Source: an uncultured Campylobacter sp. (lineage in GTDB: Bacteria > Campylobacterota > Campylobacteria > Campylobacterales > Campylobacteraceae). From it: 64,000 nt of DNA. This document shows, piece by piece, positions 37,916 to 46,805 of this stretch (position 1 is its first letter; each line of letters starts with the position of its first letter). Location: assembly GCA_945928165.1 (NCBI GenBank), contig CAMENE010000006.1:5384-69383 (forward strand), read 5' to 3'. The notes below the pieces were generated by a model that made no database searches, was not told the origin of the DNA, and saw only the letters and a list, made by a program, of their open reading frames with translations. The position numbers and the translations under genes were made by a program.

Positions 37916-39040
37916 CTAGAAAATTCCCAAGCTTTTATAAAGCTCTAAATACTCTTTTACCACAATGCTCTCATCGTATTTACTCTGCGCTATTTGCCTA
38001 GCCTTTTGTCCCATGCTAAGAGCTAAACTCTCATCATCTAAAAGCACCGAGATTTTAGCAGCTAAATCAGCCCCACTTCTTACTTCACACAAAAGCCCAG
38101 TTTGCCCAGCCCACACAGCCTCATTACAGCCCCTAGCCTTGCTTGCCACGCAAGGCTTAGCCATAGCCATAGCCTCTAAAATCGTGCGTGGAAAGCCCTC
38201 AGCATAGCTTGGCAGCGCATAAATATAGCTTGCGTTTAAAAGTGCCTTTATATTATCGCTCCACGGCAGGTAAAAGACATTTGCGTGTGAGCCCAAAAAC
38301 TCCGTGCTAAATCCAGCCTTGCCCTTTATGGGCGAGCCTACAAAGACAAAGGCGCAGTCCTTTCTAGCACTTAAAATATCAGCCGCTTCGTAAAACTCGC
38401 CCACGCCCTTATCTACAAGAGCCCTTGCTGCCATTAGCACGATTTTTTTGCCTTTTAGCGGCGCTAGTTCTGGCGCAGCTAGCTCATCATTAGGCGCAAA
38501 ATCAGCGCAGTTTATGCCCACGCTTTTAATAACCTTGATTTTATCCTTATCACAAAGCTTTTTTTCGCTAAAAAACTTCGCATCAGCCTCGCTTACAAAA
38601 ATACAAGCCTTTGCCTTATTTAGCGTGTTTTTATAAAGGTTTTCTAGCACAAAGCGCAAGATTTTATGCTTCCAGCTATCACCTGTGTAAGCAGACCCCA
38701 GCCCCTCAACAAGGCAAAAAATATTTTTTATACCTATCATACTAGCTGCCATCGTGCCAAAAATATTGCTTTTGTGCGCTGCGCTTTGGAGCATATCAAG
38801 GTGAAGTGGGGCTAGGGCTTTTGCTAGATTTAGAGCGTTTTTGCCCACGCGAAGTGGATTTATACTAGCAGCATCAATATCATAAAAAACGCACTCAAAC
38901 TCCGCCCCCACACGCTTTTCATAAGCGCCCTTTGGCATGAGGGCATAGACTTTGTGTCCAGTGCCCTTTAAAGCACGCATGATAGGCAATCTAAAATAAT
39001 AAATACTCATGTCGCTATGTGATAAAAAACCTATTCTCAC
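37916..39040 (-). CDS. Glycosyltransferase family 4 (GT-B fold)
   Basis: C-terminal ..PSYAEGFPRTILEAMAMAKPCVAS.. E(x7)E region. Start moved to GTG 39040, which has AAGGA 7 nt upstream; the track ORF extends to 39118 with an Arg-rich, non-protein-like leader. Confidence 0.85.
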   Translation of the reverse strand: MRIGFLSHSDMSIYYFRLPIMRALKGTGHKVYALMPKGAYEKRVGAEFECVFYDIDAASINPLRVGKNALNLAKALAPLHLDMLQSAAHKSNIFGTMAASMIGIKNIFCLVEGLGSAYTGDSWKHKILRFVLENLYKNTLNKAKACIFVSEADAKFFSEKKLCDKDKIKVIKSVGINCADFAPNDELAAPELAPLKGKKIVLMAARALVDKGVGEFYEAADILSARKDCAFVFVGSPIKGKAGFSTEFLGSHANVFYLPWSDNIKALLNASYIYALPSYAEGFPRTILEAMAMAKPCVASKARGCNEAVWAGQTGLLCEVRSGADLAAKISVLLDDESLALSMGQKARQIAQSKYDESIVVKEYLELYKSLGIF

Positions 39041-39315
39041 CTTATAATCCTTATGTTTAGAAATTTGGCTGGCTCTTGCCCTTATTGCACCTGCTCTGCG
39101 CCTTGATGAATTATTCATTCAATCTTCGGCACACAGCAGGCACACTAAGGGCAAGTGGGGCGCTTTTTTAGTCGCACCTTTTTATTAGAATTTTAGAATT
39201 TTAGCAATTTTTTGTGTAAATTCTACACAATTAAAAAGTTTTAAATATAAATTTTGCTTTTTATTTAAATAAATTTGGTTAAATTTGAGCCAAAACACAA
39301 CTGAAAGGATAAAAT

Positions 39316-40830
39316 ATGCAAAACAGAGTAAAAAATGCAGATTTTGCAGCAAAAATCATGGACGCTGACGCAGCAGCTGCCTTGGTGCCAAATGGTGCTT
39401 TGGTAGGATTTAGTGGCTTTGTGGGTGCTGGTGCGCCTATTCATCTGCCACAAGCTATTGCAAAAAGAGCCCAGGCCCTTCACGCACAGGGCAAAGAGTA
39501 TAAAATCGGCGCACTAACAGGCGCATCAACTGACCCAGACTTAGATGGCGATTTAGCAAAAGCAAATGCTGTTAGCTTTCGTTCGCCTTTTATGACTGAC
39601 CGTGATATGAGAGGGGCGATAAACACAAATGAAACTGAGTATATGGATGTTCATCTTAGCTCCCTAGCACAGCAAGTAGAGGCTGGGTTTTTTGGCGAGA
39701 TGGACTTTGCTATAATTGAAATTCTAGGTATAAAAGAAGATGGCTCGCTAATCCCATCAACCTCAATCGGTAACAACCAAAACTGGCTAAACTACGCTAA
39801 AAAGGTGATCTTAGAAGTAAACTGCGACCAACCAGAGAGCTTAGAGGGAATTCACGATGTAGCATGCCTGCCAAAAGTGCCTTTTAGAAAGCCAATCAAC
39901 ATAAACCGCCCAAGCGATAGAATCGGCACCCCATATATGAAAGTAGACCCTAGCAAAGTAGTAGCTGTCGTAGTCGGCGAGAGCAAAGATAGAGTAAATA
40001 GCTTTACTCCACTTGATGAGGTCTCAATCGCAATCGGCGATAATGTAGTAAAATTTCTACAAAAAGAAGAAGCCGAGGGTCGCTTGCCAAAAGGCACACT
40101 TTTGCCACTACAATCAGGCATCGGCAATGTAGCAAACGCCGTGCTAGCAGGCTTAGAGCGTGCTGGATATAAAGGTCTTAGCTGCTATACTGAGGTTATC
40201 CAAGACGGTCTGCTAGCACTAATTAAAGCTGGCGTTATAACAGAGGTTAGCTCAGCCTCGCTTTCACTTAGCCCAGAGGCGATAGAAGATTTTAGAGAAA
40301 ATATAGAGTTTTACAAAAAGCACATTGTCCTTCGCCCTCAAGAGTTTTCAAACAATCCTGAGGTCATCCGCCGACTTGGTATCATAGGTATGAACGGCAT
40401 GCTAGAAGCTGACATCTACGGTAATGTAAATAGCACAAACACCATGGGAACGCAAATGATGAACGGTATCGGTGGTTCTGGCGATTTTGCTAGAAATGGC
40501 TATATCTCAATCTTTGTTACACCATCAACTGCCAAAGGCGGCGACATCAGCGCAATCGTGCCTTTTGTAGCGCATGTAGATCACACAGAGCACGATACTA
40601 TGGTAGTAGCTACTGAGTATGGCTATGCTGACCTTAGAGGCAAAAGCCCAAGACAAAGAGCCGCTGAGATGATAAAAATCGCTCACCCAGACTACCGCCC
40701 AATGCTACAAGCGTATTTTGATGAGGCGTGCAAAGGCGAGAATGGCAAACCAGCCGGACACACTCCACACATACTAAGCAAGGCTCTAAGCTGGCATGAT
40801 AAATACAACAAAACCGGCTCAATGAAATAA
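39316..40830 (+). CDS. Acetyl-CoA hydrolase/transferase family enzyme (succinyl-CoA:acetate CoA-transferase-like)
   Basis: 504 aa with ..LQSGIGNVANAV.. and ..MNGIGGSGDFARN.. motifs of the Ach1/Cat1 family. Confidence 0.88.
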   Translation: MQNRVKNADFAAKIMDADAAAALVPNGALVGFSGFVGAGAPIHLPQAIAKRAQALHAQGKEYKIGALTGASTDPDLDGDLAKANAVSFRSPFMTDRDMRGAINTNETEYMDVHLSSLAQQVEAGFFGEMDFAIIEILGIKEDGSLIPSTSIGNNQNWLNYAKKVILEVNCDQPESLEGIHDVACLPKVPFRKPININRPSDRIGTPYMKVDPSKVVAVVVGESKDRVNSFTPLDEVSIAIGDNVVKFLQKEEAEGRLPKGTLLPLQSGIGNVANAVLAGLERAGYKGLSCYTEVIQDGLLALIKAGVITEVSSASLSLSPEAIEDFRENIEFYKKHIVLRPQEFSNNPEVIRRLGIIGMNGMLEADIYGNVNSTNTMGTQMMNGIGGSGDFARNGYISIFVTPSTAKGGDISAIVPFVAHVDHTEHDTMVVATEYGYADLRGKSPRQRAAEMIKIAHPDYRPMLQAYFDEACKGENGKPAGHTPHILSKALSWHDKYNKTGSMK

Positions 40831-40853
40831 GTACTTTTTGAAATATTTGCTTA

Positions 40854-41075
40854 GGAATTCTAGAATTTCTTGTGGAATTCTAGAATTCCACAAGAAATTC
40901 ATTAAATATTTTTAAATTTCAATATTATGCTTTATTATTTGTGCTTTAGACATTTTTGTTTATACAAACCAAGCACTAGCTTTTTGTAGCGGTGAAAAAC
41001 TAGAATTCCAAAATGTTTTAGATAAAAATAAGAATTCTAGAATTTAGCTTAGGAATTCTAAAATTCCCTAGAGTT
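40854..41075. repeat. Palindrome cluster including a 38-bp perfect palindrome (40863..40900)
   Basis: GAATTTCTTGTGGAATTCT|AGAATTCCACAAGAAATTC read directly. Confidence 0.95.
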
Positions 41076-41107
41076 TTAAAAATAAGAGTTTCACAAAATA
41101 GAAAAAA

Positions 41108-41320
41108 ATGAAAAAAATTGTATTATCAACTTTGGTAGTACTTAGCCTTGCTTTTGGAGTGTGCGATGATTATGAGAGCTGTCCACTTAGTACGAACTGC
41201 GAGAATACTGATAATCTAACATACGAACAAGAACAAGTCTGCTGGGGAGTAAAAAGCGATAATACGCTAGCACAATACACAGAGCTAAAAAACACGCTAG
41301 AAAATAGGTTAAAAGAGTAA
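41108..41320 (+). CDS. Small secreted Cys-containing protein
   Basis: 70 aa with signal peptide MKKIVLSTLVVLSLAFG. Confidence 0.5.
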   Translation: MKKIVLSTLVVLSLAFGVCDDYESCPLSTNCENTDNLTYEQEQVCWGVKSDNTLAQYTELKNTLENRLKE

Positions 41321-41398
41321 GATAAAATGCTAGCTTTAATAAAAGAGTAGGAATTCTAGTTTTTGCTAAAATTCTAGAATTCCTAAAAGAGAGTAAAA

Positions 41399-41929
41399 AT
41401 GAAAAAGTTTGTTTTAGCTTTTATGCTTTGTGCATTTTGCTTTGGTGATTTTATAGAGTTTGGTGTGGTGGCAAAGAAAATGTCGCTGATGAGTGGGTAA
41501 GGGCGTCAAGCTAGTCCGCCACAACTGTAAGCTAAAGTATATCAAATTAAGCTAGACGATGATAAATACCTTGAAGATTTTAAAAATAGTGCTTACTATA
41601 CAAAGGAGGCTGGATATGGTTTATCTGTGCTTAGTTCATTACCAAAAGAACATGGGCTTGAGCTTTTTTATACAACACTTAGATACCCACATTATAGTGT
41701 TAGATACAACGCCATGCATAAGCCCATAAAATACAAAGATAAATATTATGTTATAAGAACTTGGAAAAGTCTTGATCATCTTTGGAAAAATATGGTAACT
41801 GAAATGTTTCTAGAACCAGAAAACATAAAAAAAGATAAGATATTATTTGTTATGACATTGTTTGATTTACAGACTAAAAGAACAGCAGCTTGTAATGCAA
41901 CTAAAAGAATAAAAAGGGAGAAAAAATGA
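41399..41929 (+). pseudogene. Probable frameshifted secreted-protein gene
   Basis: ATG at 41399 gives a signal peptide MKKFVLAFMLCAFCFG, then a stop after 33 codons. The body continues in another frame (track ORF 41627..41929, open from ~41553 without a start codon). Confidence 0.35.
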
Positions 41930-42201
41930 AAAAGTTAAAAATCATTGTTTTATCAGTATTTTTCTTTGCTAGTGTGAGTGTGGCGCAGTGGGTGGATACT
42001 GATGTGAGGCTCAAAAATCAGCCCATTAAAAGCCAAGAATACGGCAACTACTGGGATGAGAGTAGGCGAGAGATCCCGCGCTTTAAAAAGCGAGATTTGG
42101 ACTTTGAGAAAATGCTAGGCAAAGAAAACGAGTATTATGAAAGGGCATACAAAGAAAACGAATACAAAAAAGCCGGCAAAGGCAGAATAAAAATGCACTA
42201 A
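41926..42201 (+). CDS. Small secreted protein
   Basis: 91 aa with signal peptide MKKLKIIVLSVFFFASVSVA and a 4-nt overlap with the upstream frame. Confidence 0.5.
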   Translation: MKKLKIIVLSVFFFASVSVAQWVDTDVRLKNQPIKSQEYGNYWDESRREIPRFKKRDLDFEKMLGKENEYYERAYKENEYKKAGKGRIKMH

Positions 42202-42620
42202 ATTCTAGCTAGGGAATTTTAGAATTCCCAAGCCTTGTGTCATCCCTCGACTTGATCGGGGGATCTCATCACAGAGATCCTCGGGTCAAGCCCGAGGATG
42301 ACATAGTAGGGAATTCTAGAATTCCTAAATCTAGAATTCCTAGCAAAAATCTAGAACTCCTAGTGGCTTTTTGCGTTTATATCATTTAAGAATTCTAGAA
42401 TTCCATATAGAGATCCTTGGGTCAAGCCCGAGGATGACAGGGAATTTTAGAATTCCTAGAGATTGCTTCGTCTCACTCACTCCTCGCAATGATGAGAATT
42501 CTAGAATTCCTAGATTGCTTCGCTTTTTCAAAGCATCGCAATGACGCAGGGAATTTTAGAATTCCCTTTGAAATTTTCAAAAAGAATACCCCATAACCCC
42601 AAGAAAAAAGAATTCCTAAA
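42202..42620. repeat. Composite intergenic repeat block
   Basis: Back-to-back GTCAT-hairpin units (42239..42267 forward, 42274..42302 reverse), reversed gcaat..ctcgcaatga units, palindromes, and a C4ATAAC4 module at 42589..42600. Confidence 0.9.
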
Positions 42621-42683
42621 AATTTTATAAACTCTTAACCAAAATTTAGTTAGAATATATCCCAAAATTTTCAAGGAAATCTA

Positions 42684-43235
42684 ATGCGTATCAAAGCACA
42701 ACATGCGCCGTTTATCGCGCGCAAAATAGCCTATGAGCTGCTAAAATGCGGCTTTGTAAGCCTAAAAAACGGCGGCGATGAAATCACGCAAATCGCTACT
42801 GATATCATCCTAAAAGACATAAACGCAGAACGCGCAATAGAAGAGCGCGCTAATGAGCTAATGGACGATAACGAGGGCGATATAGAGTTTATGCAAGTTG
42901 ACCGCAGGGCGATGTTTGGCATGATTAAAAAAAAGCTAGCTTCGCAAATGGGCTTTGAGCTAAATCACGATGAGCGCTACTCTCACATCTCGCACGATAT
43001 ATTAAATACTGCGTGGAAAAAAGACGCACTTGAGTACAACGTAAGCGAAAATAGAGTAAAAAATGTGATTTACTCTGCTATTGAGGGCTATCTTAAAAAC
43101 TTTGAAAAAGCGCAGCGTGCGGCTTTTGATGAGCTTGAGGGCCGAGAGAAGCTAGCTTATGGCTCGCCTGAGTATGAACTAGCCTTTGAAAAAGCCTACG
43201 AAGAACAACTAAGAAAGCACGGGATAATAGGATGA
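42684..43235 (+). CDS. DUF507-family protein
   Basis: 183 aa. MRIKAQHAPFIARKIAYELLKCGFV N-terminus typical of DUF507. Upstream of carA as in C. jejuni. Confidence 0.7.
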   Translation: MRIKAQHAPFIARKIAYELLKCGFVSLKNGGDEITQIATDIILKDINAERAIEERANELMDDNEGDIEFMQVDRRAMFGMIKKKLASQMGFELNHDERYSHISHDILNTAWKKDALEYNVSENRVKNVIYSAIEGYLKNFEKAQRAAFDELEGREKLAYGSPEYELAFEKAYEEQLRKHGIIG

Positions 43236-44350
43236 AAGCGTATATTTTTATTGAAGGTGGCGTGTTTTTGTGCGCTGATGCTTTGGGTGCTGGAGGGACT
43301 TATACTGGCGAGATGATTTTTAACACATCTATGACAGGCTATCAAGAGATTTTAACTGACCCAAGCTATGCTGGGCAGTTTATCGTCTTTACTATGCCAG
43401 AAATCGGCATTGTAGGCACAAACCAAAATGACATGGAAAGCTCTAAAATTCATGCTTGCGGTATGTTTGCAAGACGGCTAAATACCTTTGCTAGCAACTT
43501 TCGCTCTACTGCTAGTCTGGATGAGTTTTTAAAATCTCAAGGCAAAATCGCAGTTTATAACATAGACACAAGAGCCCTAACAAAGCTAATGCGTAGCCAC
43601 GGAGCTCAAAATATCATTGTCTCAACTGAGATTGGCGATAAAAACGAGCTAGAAGCCCGCCTAAAATCTTCTAAAAAAATCGCTGAAATAGACTTTGTAG
43701 CCGAGGTTAGCACAAAAGAGGGCTACACGCACAATAAAGGCGTGTGGAGCTGTGCAAAAGCTGCGTATGAAAGCCCAGAAAAACTAACAAAATGCGTAGC
43801 CGTGCTAGACTATGGTGTAAAGCAAAATATCCTAAACGAACTAGTTAGTGCTGGCATCGGCGTAAGGGTCTTTGCCCATGATACAAAGGCTGACGCGTTA
43901 ATAGATATGTTTAAAAAAGGCGATATTAACGGCGTGTTTTTAAGCAACGGCCCAGGTGATCCAGTTAGCCTTGGGGCGCAAATCGCAGAGATTAAAAAGC
44001 TAATAGAGGCAAAAATTCCTATGTTTGGCATTTGTCTAGGTCATCAGCTGCTCTCAAATGCCTTTGGCTATCCTACTTACAAGCTAAAATTTGGCCAGCA
44101 CGGCTCAAATCACCCAGTCCAAAATCTAATCACCGGTGCTGTGGAGATAACTAGCCAAAATCACAACTACAATGTCCCTGAGAGCATAGCTGAGGTGGCA
44201 AATATCACACACCGCAATCTTTTTGATAATACAATAGAGGGCGTGGCGTATAAAAATGCTCCGGTTTTCTCAGTCCAGCACCACCCAGAAAGTAGCGCAG
44301 GACCGCACGAGAGCGAGTATCTTTTTGCGCAGTTTTTAAAAGCACTTTAA
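43232..44350 (+). CDS. carA: Carbamoyl-phosphate synthase small (glutaminase) subunit
   Basis: 372 aa. FNTSMTGYQEILTDPSY, GICLGHQLL catalytic Cys, and QHHPES. Confidence 0.95.
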   Translation: MKAYIFIEGGVFLCADALGAGGTYTGEMIFNTSMTGYQEILTDPSYAGQFIVFTMPEIGIVGTNQNDMESSKIHACGMFARRLNTFASNFRSTASLDEFLKSQGKIAVYNIDTRALTKLMRSHGAQNIIVSTEIGDKNELEARLKSSKKIAEIDFVAEVSTKEGYTHNKGVWSCAKAAYESPEKLTKCVAVLDYGVKQNILNELVSAGIGVRVFAHDTKADALIDMFKKGDINGVFLSNGPGDPVSLGAQIAEIKKLIEAKIPMFGICLGHQLLSNAFGYPTYKLKFGQHGSNHPVQNLITGAVEITSQNHNYNVPESIAEVANITHRNLFDNTIEGVAYKNAPVFSVQHHPESSAGPHESEYLFAQFLKAL

Positions 44351-44359
44351 GTTTTAAGC

Positions 44360-44610
44360 AATTCTAGAATTTTTAGGGAATTCTAGAATTTAGCCTATGG
44401 AATTCTAAATTTTATTCTAGGAATTTTAGATTTAGTCTTAGGAATTCTAGAATTCCCTGTCATCCCCCAGCTTGACTGGGGATCTCTAGAGGATCTCTAT
44501 ATGGAATTCTAAATTTATTTGTGATGAGATCCTAGGGTCAAGTTAGGGGATGACAGAAAACGCAAGAGGGGATGACACAAGACTTGGGAATTCTAGAATT
44601 CCTATACCAA
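44360..44610. repeat. Composite intergenic repeat block
   Basis: Palindrome variants and GTCAT-hairpin units in both orientations. Confidence 0.9.
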
Positions 44611-44631
44611 AATTTCAAAAAGCATTTTATA

Positions 44632-45285
44632 ATGAGTGGCGCATTTATTTTAAACATTATTATCACAGCATTTGTTCTTTCTTTTTCGCATTGTTCTTTT
44701 ATGTGTGGGGGCTTTAATGTCATTTTAGGCAGGCTTTGTGCTAGCCTTAGTAAGCTTAGCACGCTTGTAATGATGCTACTTTATCACGCTGGGCGAACCA
44801 CGGCTTATGCGTGCTTGGGGGCTGTTTTTGGCTATTTTGGTGCTGGGGTGATGAGAGATGCTAGTGCTAAGGGGCTAGTGTTTTTTGGTGCTGGTGTTTT
44901 GCTAGTCGTGCTTGGAGTCTCGCTTTTGTTTCGTGGCAAAATGCTGGCTTTTTTTGAAAACTCTTTTATCCAAGACAAAATCCTAGCCCTTGCTTTAAAG
45001 CTTCAAAAACGCCGCTATATAGTGCTTCTTGGCTTTTTAAATGGACTTTTGCCTTGCGGGGTGGTTTATACATTTTTGGCTATGAGCTTTTCGCTTGGCT
45101 CGGGCGCACTCTCAGCGCTTGTGATGATACTAGCTGGGCTTTGTACTATGCCTGCGCTGCTTTTTTACGCCCTGCTCTCACGCTTTTTTACCCAAAGACT
45201 GCGCTTTATTTTTGAGCTACTCTCAGCCCTTTTGGTTTGCGCTTATGGACTTTATTTAGCATTTAAAGGCTATATGTTATTGTAG
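44632..45285 (+). CDS. DsbD_2/TauE-like integral membrane protein (HCxxMCGG motif)
   Basis: FSHCSFMCGGF in TM1, about 6 TM helices. Start moved to ATG 44632 because the track's upstream 20 codons lie in repeat DNA. Confidence 0.65.
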   Translation: MSGAFILNIIITAFVLSFSHCSFMCGGFNVILGRLCASLSKLSTLVMMLLYHAGRTTAYACLGAVFGYFGAGVMRDASAKGLVFFGAGVLLVVLGVSLLFRGKMLAFFENSFIQDKILALALKLQKRRYIVLLGFLNGLLPCGVVYTFLAMSFSLGSGALSALVMILAGLCTMPALLFYALLSRFFTQRLRFIFELLSALLVCAYGLYLAFKGYMLL

Positions 45286-45731
45286 GAATTCTAGATTTTC
45301 TGGGGGTTAGTGGGTGTCTTTTTTTGGGAATTCTAGAATTCCATAAAATTCGTCATTGCGAGGAGTGAGTGAAACGAACGACGAAGCAATCTCATTTGAT
45401 ATTGCTTCGGAATTTTAGATGAGATTGCTTCCTCTGCCTTGCTCCCTCGCAATGACGGAATTTTAGACGGAATTTTGAATGGAATTTTAAATGAGATTGC
45501 TTCGGAATTTTGAATGAGATCCTAGGGTAAAGCCCGAGGATGACATAGTAGGGAATTCAAGAATTTCTAAACCTTGTGTCATCCCCCGACTTGATCGGGG
45601 GATCCCCCCCCCTTTTTTTTTTAATGTCGAAATTTCCGCAATGACGGAATTTTGAACGGTATTTTAGACGAGATTGCTCCTTCTTTTTTCAAAGCCTCGC
45701 AATGACGGAATTTTAGACGGAATTCTAGATT
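45286..45731. repeat. Composite intergenic repeat block with C9T10 tract
   Basis: G5TTAGTGGG module at 45302..45314, many gtcattgcgag / gagattgcttc units in both orientations, and a GTCAT-hairpin unit running into C9 (45604..45612) and T10 (45613..45622). Confidence 0.9.
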
Positions 45732-46019
45732 TTAGTCAAAAAGAAATCTGCCTCTATCTCCATTGCTTTTGTATTGTCTTGGCTCTGCTTTCCAGCCGTA
45801 TTCTTGGTATTCTTTTGGGCAGCTAGATATTGATACACGCTGTATATCAAGCAAGTTTGAGAGCTGGCTGTCTAAAAACTTAGCTCTGCCATATTTATTT
45901 TCAGCCCTTGCCTTGCCTGCCTCGTTATAAAGCTTACAGATTCTAAGCTCCAAGTCACTTAATTTAGCAGCATTTGCCAGGCTAAAAGCACAAAGTGCTA
46001 AAATTAGTATTTTTTTCAC
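45732..46019 (-). CDS. Small secreted protein
   Basis: 95 aa with signal peptide MKKILILALCAFSLANA and a 4-nt overlap with the upstream gene. Confidence 0.5.
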   Translation of the reverse strand: MKKILILALCAFSLANAAKLSDLELRICKLYNEAGKARAENKYGRAKFLDSQLSNLLDIQRVSISSCPKEYQEYGWKAEPRQYKSNGDRGRFLFD

Positions 46020-46804
46020 TTTTTATCCTTTGTTTGAGTTTTTTGAGTATCTTTTTTTGGGTTTAGAAAATCTTTTAGCGCTGAGTACTCACTAGCACTA
46101 AAATACCGCCATTTGCCCTCTTTTAAAGTACCCAAGCTAAGAGAGCCAAAGGCCACACGCTTTAGATCCATCACAGGCAGGTCAAAATAGCCAAAAAAGC
46201 GTCTTAGCTCCCTGTTTTGTCCCTCTTTTATGATGACTCTAAGCCTTGTGTAAGGTCCGCTTTGACTAATTAATTTAAAGGCTAGAAAAGGCGCAAATTC
46301 CATGCTTTTTATCTTTGTTTTTGCGTGAGCGCCTTTTGTGGCATCAGCGGCTTTTAGGCCGTTTCTCATGGCCTCAAAGACTGCCTCGCCAACCTGTCCT
46401 TTAACCTTGACATAGTACTCACGTTCTAAGTCGCTTTTTTCTAGTGCGTGGGCTACCTTTGGGCTGTCTGTGAGTATGAGTAGGCCGCTGCTAGCATAGT
46501 CTAGCCTGCCTACAAAGCAAAAGTGCTTAAAGCCATTTGGCAAGCTATCAAAAACAATCTCTCTGCCTCGCTCGTCGCTGTGGCTAACGATTTGCCCTTT
46601 TGGTTTGTGATAGACTATGGCTGTAAAGCCATCCTTTTGCGTGATTTTGCGGCCGTTTATGTACACGGGCGAGCCCTCTTTATACTGCGTACCAAGCTTG
46701 GTTACTACGCTATTTCCTATGCGGACTTTGCCCTCTTTTATTAGCCCATCAGCAGCCCTGCGAGAGTAGTTTGTGTTTGCGGCGATGTATTGATTTAAGC
46801 GCAT
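46016..46804 (-). CDS. Pseudouridine synthase, RsuA/RluB family (S4 domain + catalytic domain)
   Basis: MRLNQYIA..SRR.AD.LI..G.V S4 motif; GRLDYASSGLLILTD catalytic Asp motif. Confidence 0.9.
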   Translation of the reverse strand: MRLNQYIAANTNYSRRAADGLIKEGKVRIGNSVVTKLGTQYKEGSPVYINGRKITQKDGFTAIVYHKPKGQIVSHSDERGREIVFDSLPNGFKHFCFVGRLDYASSGLLILTDSPKVAHALEKSDLEREYYVKVKGQVGEAVFEAMRNGLKAADATKGAHAKTKIKSMEFAPFLAFKLISQSGPYTRLRVIIKEGQNRELRRFFGYFDLPVMDLKRVAFGSLSLGTLKEGKWRYFSASEYSALKDFLNPKKDTQKTQTKDKK

Positions 46805-46805
46805 T

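Noticed and set aside
39041..39118. Arg-rich 26-codon leader of the glycosyltransferase ORF (MNNSSRRRAGAIRARAS..).
   Set aside because: It is not protein-like. GTG 39040 has an AAGGA SD at proper spacing and begins the conserved GT-B N-terminus (VRIGFLS..).
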